31,974 nucleotides of DNA from Bacteriovoracaceae bacterium. GTDB taxonomy: Bacteria > Bdellovibrionota > Bacteriovoracia > Bacteriovoracales > Bacteriovoracaceae. The stretch lies in the NCBI GenBank assembly GCA_049599895.1, contig JBMYPC010000019.1, forward strand, positions 1-31,974, written 5' to 3'. Under the pieces are notes generated by a model that saw only the letters and a list, made by a program, of their open reading frames with translations, made no database searches and was not told where the DNA came from. The position numbers and the translations under genes were made by a program. Below are positions 26,505-31,974 of the stretch, one piece after another. Position 1 is the stretch's first letter. Each line of letters starts with the position of its first letter.

Positions 26505-29500
26505 TTATTCTTGAGACTTATCTAATGACTGAATACATTTTTTAAGCTCTTTAATCCTTCGTGTCAGTTTAGCTGAATTGATCGGGCCCAATTTATCATC
26601 ATATGTTTTAAGCTCTGTTTCATGAGTTTTATGGGCCTGTTCTAAAAAGTAGGCGGCAAACTTATAATCACCTCTTCTTAAATCATAGAGAGAATAGGAC
26701 AAAAGCCGTAACTGCTGTTTAATAATGAACTGATCCTCAATGTATTCAGAGATGGCCTTGAAATAATCATTCAATTCATCGTAGTTATCTCCCGCAAATT
26801 CAAGAACCTGGTATTCTTCTTCACCCTTATAACAGAAACTGGCGCCAAGAGGAGAGGGAACAGGAGTTACGTTAATGCGATATTCTTTAGCGTAATAATA
26901 GTTTGATTGGAGTTCCGCAAAGAACTCGAGACCTTCCTGAAGGATGTAGGCCAAGTTTTCAGATTCTCTAAGCTCTCTTTTTTGCTCTTGACTCAGGCGA
27001 ATACACTGTAAACCTTCTTTTTCTTGCTCATCTTTACTTGTTATACAGAAGGTATCGGCCCAAGAGTCAAAATCTGCTTTTGTGAAATTACTGTGATTAT
27101 CAACAAAAAATTGAGCATTGAGTTGGTAGGGAGTTAAGGCTTGAGTGGCAATTTTTTCCATACATTGGGGAGCAAGTTTCCAAAGTTCATCAATCTCTTC
27201 TTTACTCACATTTAACGGAAAGTCTCTTTCGAGAGTCTCTAGCCATTCAGAATTTACATCAAATGAAAGGTGGGCCAAACTTCTTTGAAAGCTTGAGGTA
27301 TTAGCAATAAGCGGAGTTTGCAGATTAATATTTGTTACGAGATTAAGGACTTTCATTTTTACGTCTTGAGAATAAAGTACTTCAGGGATGAGCTTGTTTC
27401 TTAACTCAGCTAGAGCATGGTCTGATAGAGGGATTTCCGGACTTTTGTTAGAGTTTTCAACGAGTCTATCGACATAGTTTGAGAGAAGGTCTGGTTTTTC
27501 ATTAAAAAGATTTGTGATGGTATCTGGATTAAACAGGTCTTCCATAGAATCATAAACATCTTTTGAGAAGTTGTTGGCAATAAGATCATTTTGTTCTTTA
27601 AGCTTATTGTGAATCTCAGAAGATTTCTTAAGAAGGAAACATTCTACGAGAGAAGGACGTTCAGCGTGAGTGAGTTTGATAAGAGTATTAAAGAAGTTTT
27701 TAATATCCCATGGAGAGTCATTAGAGTTTTCAAAACTTGCTTCAAAGAAAAGTTCTTCGATCTTTTTACTGTGTAAGATATTTGAAACTGTCTCTCGGCA
27801 TTTGGGATTCGGTGCCATTTTAGCATCTCTTAAAAAGTGAACGATTCCTGTGAAATGCTTCTTATAGGGAGAGTCCTCAGCATTGTCGGGAACACAAAGC
27901 TGTTTCATCTCTTTTGAGATTTGAAAGGACCTATTTATGTGCTCATCACAAAAAGCTTGAAAACGCAGCTCATCGGTAAAGTTCTGAACCAAAGGAGTGA
28001 GGTTACTGTAATTATAAAGATTAACAGTTTGCAAATAGAATTTTGATTCTTGAGAGAACTCGTTATTCACATCATAGTTTGGAGTAATATTTTTAAATAC
28101 TAACTTTGAATCTTCATAGAATTCATCGAGATCAGGTAATTGAAACTCGGGGAGACCTTCAAGCTTAAACCTTAAAGACTTTGCCTTAAAATGCTGAGTG
28201 GACTCAGGCATGATGCTATTAACCGCAACGGTTCCAAGAAAAGAATGTTTTTTCTTTGACTGAAAACTCTTCTCAAGACTTCCTAAGAAAAAATGTTCAA
28301 ATGAATCAACGAGTTCAGTGAGTCCTTCTTGAGTATTTCTTTCTTGAATAAGCTGGTAGGTATAATCAATATCATTTCCAATGTCTCCAATAAGAAGCTT
28401 CATCTGCTCATCATATTGATCTCCAAGGATTTCTTTTAGAGGGAGTTCGTTGAGCTTTTGTGCCGCAAGACCTTTGAGCCAACTTTTTAATTTTTCTCCA
28501 AGGGCCTTATTCATAACAACTTCTTGATTATAGCGATCAAGAACGAAGCCTTCGATTAAATCGAAAGTTTCGATATATTTTCCTTCTTTTAAAAGCTTCA
28601 AGGTCTCCTGGAGGGTTGTACCTGTTGAGTTCAAGAGCCTGAGTCGTACATTTTCGATTTCATTGATAAGCTCTTTTGAATCATGAGAGTCTCCAGATAG
28701 TTCAATAATCTTGTCTTTTAGTTCATCAATTTTGAAGTTAATAAGGTCTTTCGAAAAATTGATAAGTTTCGGTTCGGTCTCGGGGGAATTAAAAAAGATG
28801 GTATTTGAAACTTGTGTGACCTCATTTAAAACGTCTTTGGGGGTAATTGACGCTTCGTAGATAAGTAAATCAAAGCGAGAGCGAAGATTTTCTTCTTTTA
28901 TACTGTCGAGGGTTTGGAGCTGGCTTATTAAAGAATCGAAATCTCTCTTTGCTTTTCTTTGATCTTCAGGCTTTGCAAAGTTGGTTTTTTTTAGTCTTTC
29001 AGAAAAACTTTGAAAAGCTTCATTCTCAGCAGTGGTTAAAAAACCAATTTCAGACATTGCACTTTCAGTGAATGATTGGACCTTTTCTTCCCTAGGCTTT
29101 GCGAGTTTGCCAAAGTGAAGACTTGCATAATCGGCAGCAGAGGGTGAGAGGAGTGTTGATTCAAGGTGACTAATCAGTTCAAATGAGCTTTTTTCAAGTG
29201 CAGAGCCTTTAAACTTTGGAGACTTCGCCTGAGCGTAATAAAGTTCATGGGACTTATCCGTTGCGACTTGTGACAGTTTCTTTACTCCACCACCTCCAAG
29301 AGCTGAAAGTGCCTGGAGAGTAAAGTTCTCTTTGAGTTTGAGGACGACATCCTCAAAAGTTTCCTCTTCTTTTTTTGAGAAGAAAATATTGAAGGCCTTG
29401 TTGATTTCTTTGTCAATGCTAATGAGAAGCCTACTGCTCGAAAGGTCTATCCCAGAGTCGTAAGCTTGAATTTGATTTAAGTAATTTCTAATAACATCGA

Positions 29501-31973
29501 TTCTTGATTCAAACGGCCTTTTGTTTTTGATAGCCTCTTTAATTATTTTACTATTTTTTGGAGAGAGAAAAAATTGGGAATACTCTGTAATATAATCCGC
29601 TAAAATTGAATCAGTAAGGTCTTTTAGAAGGGATTTCACATCGTCTTTTTTAAAGAATTCTTCATTTAAAATCTCAATGATATTTTTTTCGAATTCTTCA
29701 ATGATTTGAAGTGGAGATTGTCCCTTTGAGTTTTTCTTGAGCATCTCAATGATATCCGCAGTCTTTTTCTCAAAGAGAAGATCAATCTTTTCAAGGTAAC
29801 CTCTTAGTTCTGGATGAGCTGTATTGATATTAATTCCAAGTCTTTCAAAAATTTGTTTTTTATATTTGTCGTAAAGCTCAGTGATGAGGCTTTTATAGGT
29901 TTCGACATTCTCTTTCGAAAATGAAATGTCATGCATTCTCTTATTGAATTTTGCAAGACTTGCATCGAAAATGGGGGCCATCTCTTTGTCAAAAAGTTGA
30001 AGTCCATTTTGTTCCGCACTGTCTTTGACCTCGAAAAAGAAGTTTTTGAGTTCTCCAAAAATTTGTTTACTAAGAGAGGGGTCTTCATTTGTTCCAACGA
30101 GTAGCTTCTCAAGGTTAGAGGCAATACTACTGTCTCTTTCAATCTCATATTCAATAAGAATTTGCTCATACTTAAATTTTGAAAACTTATCAACCATTTC
30201 AACAACGTGAGGATCTTTAAATATATCGTGAACGATTTCAATTCCATCTTCAATTGTTCTGGTTCTTACATAGTCAAAGACATAATCAAGAAGGGTTGAA
30301 TCAAGAGAGTCTTCTTTTAAAAGAGCTTCATCGAGTCTTTCTCTGACAATTTTAGGGATCGTCTCGTTAAAAAGATCGAGCCTTTTTTCTAAAAGAACTT
30401 TTCTTGTTTCCATGGCCTTCGACTTTAAGGGTTCTTCCATGTACTTTATGTCTTCTTCTGTTAATCCGAGTTCTTCAAAAAAAAGATTCATGGCCTCTCG
30501 AAGAATAAAGCGCAGAGTGTGTTCTGTCGCATAGTGAAGCTTTAGTTTGTCGGTATAAGGGTCATTTTTATTGGCAAGTTCTTGAGCGTCAACAAGGTTG
30601 ATCGTAGGAGTAAGAGTTTGTGAAAACTTTTCAAAAGACGTCTTTGTTTCTTGGTCAATATTTTTTTTTCGATCAGAAAAGCGATTGGCCCAGAAGTCTC
30701 TAAACTCAACCCAACTCTTGGCAAGAGGATCGTTTTCGGCTTGAGCATGTTCGAGAAGGGCTTGGGTTTGAGCTGAAAACTCTGGTGATGGAGCGTGATA
30801 GGTTTGCTCAAATTCATGTTTTGCTATCGCGATAAGATCAATGGTTCTTTCATGGTCGTTCCCATTTTCAAATTCATGAGTCGAAGGTCTTAGGAATGAT
30901 CCAAAGAAGTCATTGGTTTTAAGATAGTTTTCAAGTCTGTTTGTTACATTAGGCATCGTTGGAGTGAGTTGAATTTGATTAGATTCAATTGGAGTTTCCG
31001 TAAAAGTCTTTTTTCTGATATCAACTTTTTTTAGAGTCCATTCAATAATAGGATCTTGAAGAGTTCGATAGGCTTGGACATAACAGCTTTGTAAGGCCTC
31101 AAAGCTAAGAGCGCATTCGGTACATTCTTTTAGGGTCCCTTTTAAGTGAGGGCCATAAAAACTTGAGTTTGGAAAAAACTCGATAGTTCGATCAAGGGGA
31201 GGACTTGTTGGAACATCTGATTCCCCGATGACGTAATCAATCGTTTGGGCCATGGTCTGACGGTCTTGTTTTGAAATATCGAGACCTGCCATTTGTGCAT
31301 CGACCAGGTCTTTCATCATGTTTGAGGTAAGACCCATAACGCTGTCTGAAAGTTGGTTCAGGGCCTCGTCAGTATCATCGTTGGCAGCAACAGCAGATAT
31401 TAGTTCGTGGAGAAGTTTATAATACTTCTCTCCATTGGGGATTATTGTCTTTCCAGTATTAGGATCAGTAACGGCATTTTCAATATCAATGATGTCAGTA
31501 AATAAAACCAGCATCGCCTCAATACGACTGGCCTTTGCTTCTCTTTCTTTAAGTGTTCCTTGTTCAATATATTTTCTTAGAAAAACAAAAATCTTCTCTG
31601 GTTTGTTTTCTGCTCTTGAAAAGTAGAAACTCATAAGATCGAGGGCTCCAACGTCACCTTTGAATTCATCGCCTTTAAGGTTTCCCTGGTCATCGAGATC
31701 AATTGAACGAGTAGGATCTTTTGATTTTTCAACTAACCAATGAAAGATTTCATTCGTAATGTTTGTCGCAAATTCTTGCCGTCCTTTTTTTCCTCTAAAG
31801 ATATTAAGGTCATTGATCGTGGTGAGAGTTTTCAGTTTATCTCGAATCTCATCTTCTTTTGGCTCAATAAAATGAGGGCAAATTTCAAGATCAGCAAGAT
31901 AGCGAGCATAGCGTCTTCTTAAGAGATCTCCTGTGTCGATGACGGAGATTCTTTTAGACTTATAAGATTTTTT
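26505..31973 (-). CDS. Very large helical hypothetical protein (>1800 aa), 5'-truncated by the window edge
   Basis: The frame stays open for 113 codons upstream of ATG 31634 to the window end (…SVIDTGDLLRRRYARYLADLEICPHF…GALDL-MSFYF); composition is E/K/L-rich. Confidence 0.85.
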   Translation of the reverse strand, partial: KKSYKSKRISVIDTGDLLRRRYARYLADLEICPHFIEPKEDEIRDKLKTLTTINDLNIFRGKKGRQEFATNITNEIFHWLVEKSKDPTRSIDLDDQGNLKGDEFKGDVGALDLMSFYFSRAENKPEKIFVFLRKYIEQGTLKEREAKASRIEAMLVLFTDIIDIENAVTDPNTGKTIIPNGEKYYKLLHELISAVAANDDTDEALNQLSDSVMGLTSNMMKDLVDAQMAGLDISKQDRQTMAQTIDYVIGESDVPTSPPLDRTIEFFPNSSFYGPHLKGTLKECTECALSFEALQSCYVQAYRTLQDPIIEWTLKKVDIRKKTFTETPIESNQIQLTPTMPNVTNRLENYLKTNDFFGSFLRPSTHEFENGNDHERTIDLIAIAKHEFEQTYHAPSPEFSAQTQALLEHAQAENDPLAKSWVEFRDFWANRFSDRKKNIDQETKTSFEKFSQTLTPTINLVDAQELANKNDPYTDKLKLHYATEHTLRFILREAMNLFFEELGLTEEDIKYMEEPLKSKAMETRKVLLEKRLDLFNETIPKIVRERLDEALLKEDSLDSTLLDYVFDYVRTRTIEDGIEIVHDIFKDPHVVEMVDKFSKFKYEQILIEYEIERDSSIASNLEKLLVGTNEDPSLSKQIFGELKNFFFEVKDSAEQNGLQLFDKEMAPIFDASLAKFNKRMHDISFSKENVETYKSLITELYDKYKKQIFERLGININTAHPELRGYLEKIDLLFEKKTADIIEMLKKNSKGQSPLQIIEEFEKNIIEILNEEFFKKDDVKSLLKDLTDSILADYITEYSQFFLSPKNSKIIKEAIKNKRPFESRIDVIRNYLNQIQAYDSGIDLSSSRLLISIDKEINKAFNIFFSKKEEETFEDVVLKLKENFTLQALSALGGGGVKKLSQVATDKSHELYYAQAKSPKFKGSALEKSSFELISHLESTLLSPSAADYASLHFGKLAKPREEKVQSFTESAMSEIGFLTTAENEAFQSFSERLKKTNFAKPEDQRKAKRDFDSLISQLQTLDSIKEENLRSRFDLLIYEASITPKDVLNEVTQVSNTIFFNSPETEPKLINFSKDLINFKIDELKDKIIELSGDSHDSKELINEIENVRLRLLNSTGTTLQETLKLLKEGKYIETFDLIEGFVLDRYNQEVVMNKALGEKLKSWLKGLAAQKLNELPLKEILGDQYDEQMKLLIGDIGNDIDYTYQLIQERNTQEGLTELVDSFEHFFLGSLEKSFQSKKKHSFLGTVAVNSIMPESTQHFKAKSLRFKLEGLPEFQLPDLDEFYEDSKLVFKNITPNYDVNNEFSQESKFYLQTVNLYNYSNLTPLVQNFTDELRFQAFCDEHINRSFQISKEMKQLCVPDNAEDSPYKKHFTGIVHFLRDAKMAPNPKCRETVSNILHSKKIEELFFEASFENSNDSPWDIKNFFNTLIKLTHAERPSLVECFLLKKSSEIHNKLKEQNDLIANNFSKDVYDSMEDLFNPDTITNLFNEKPDLLSNYVDRLVENSNKSPEIPLSDHALAELRNKLIPEVLYSQDVKMKVLNLVTNINLQTPLIANTSSFQRSLAHLSFDVNSEWLETLERDFPLNVSKEEIDELWKLAPQCMEKIATQALTPYQLNAQFFVDNHSNFTKADFDSWADTFCITSKDEQEKEGLQCIRLSQEQKRELRESENLAYILQEGLEFFAELQSNYYYAKEYRINVTPVPSPLGASFCYKGEEEYQVLEFAGDNYDELNDYFKAISEYIEDQFIIKQQLRLLSYSLYDLRRGDYKFAAYFLEQAHKTHETELKTYDDKLGPINSAKLTRRIKELKKCIQSLDKSQE

Positions 31974-31974
31974 T

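Noticed and set aside
403..31922. Short 60-149 aa ORFs in the ORF track nested in or antisense to the long genes
   Set aside because: They are shadow ORFs with no recognisable motifs; 31740..31922(+) is simply antisense to the open upstream part of the giant gene.
1..31974. CRISPR array, tRNA, rRNA or IS element
   Set aside because: I saw no regularly spaced repeats, cloverleaf or rRNA signatures, or transposase motifs.

Overview
AT-rich bacterial chromosomal segment. The gene content (prepilin cluster with a giant pilin, degenerate HD-GYP, His-less HPt protein, large secreted hypotheticals, eukaryote-like class Ia RNR) suggests a predatory Bdellovibrionota of the Bacteriovorax/Halobacteriovorax type; this is inference. 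From left to right: the end of an upstream gene and a terminator; a sigma54-promoted S8 protease with CsrA-type leader hairpins and a GlyGly-Cys C-terminal anchor; a lipoprotein alpha/beta-hydrolase lacking its catalytic Ser; a D-2-hydroxyacid dehydrogenase; a second S8 protease with no propeptide; TPMT; an HP0729-like protein with a HEPN RxxxxH motif; an HPt-fold protein with His->Asp, a CheZ-like motif and a CheZ-like tail, divergent from a degenerate HD-GYP gene; a pilX(1443 aa)-pilV-pilW minor-pilin operon ending in a secreted Cys-rich protein with an FrpC self-processing-module-like domain; nrdBA preceded by a ~190-nt structured leader and distant tandem NrdR boxes; a solitary tyrosine recombinase with an inverted repeat over its start; a delta-9 desaturase; a 1046-aa secreted hypothetical; and a >1800-aa helical protein cut by the window edge. 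No rRNA, tRNA, CRISPR array, IS element or prophage was seen. The best candidates for undescribed biology are the nrdB leader RNA, the HPt/CheZ hybrid, the pilus-tip operon and the HEPN protein. Family assignments come from motifs read by eye, not from database searches.
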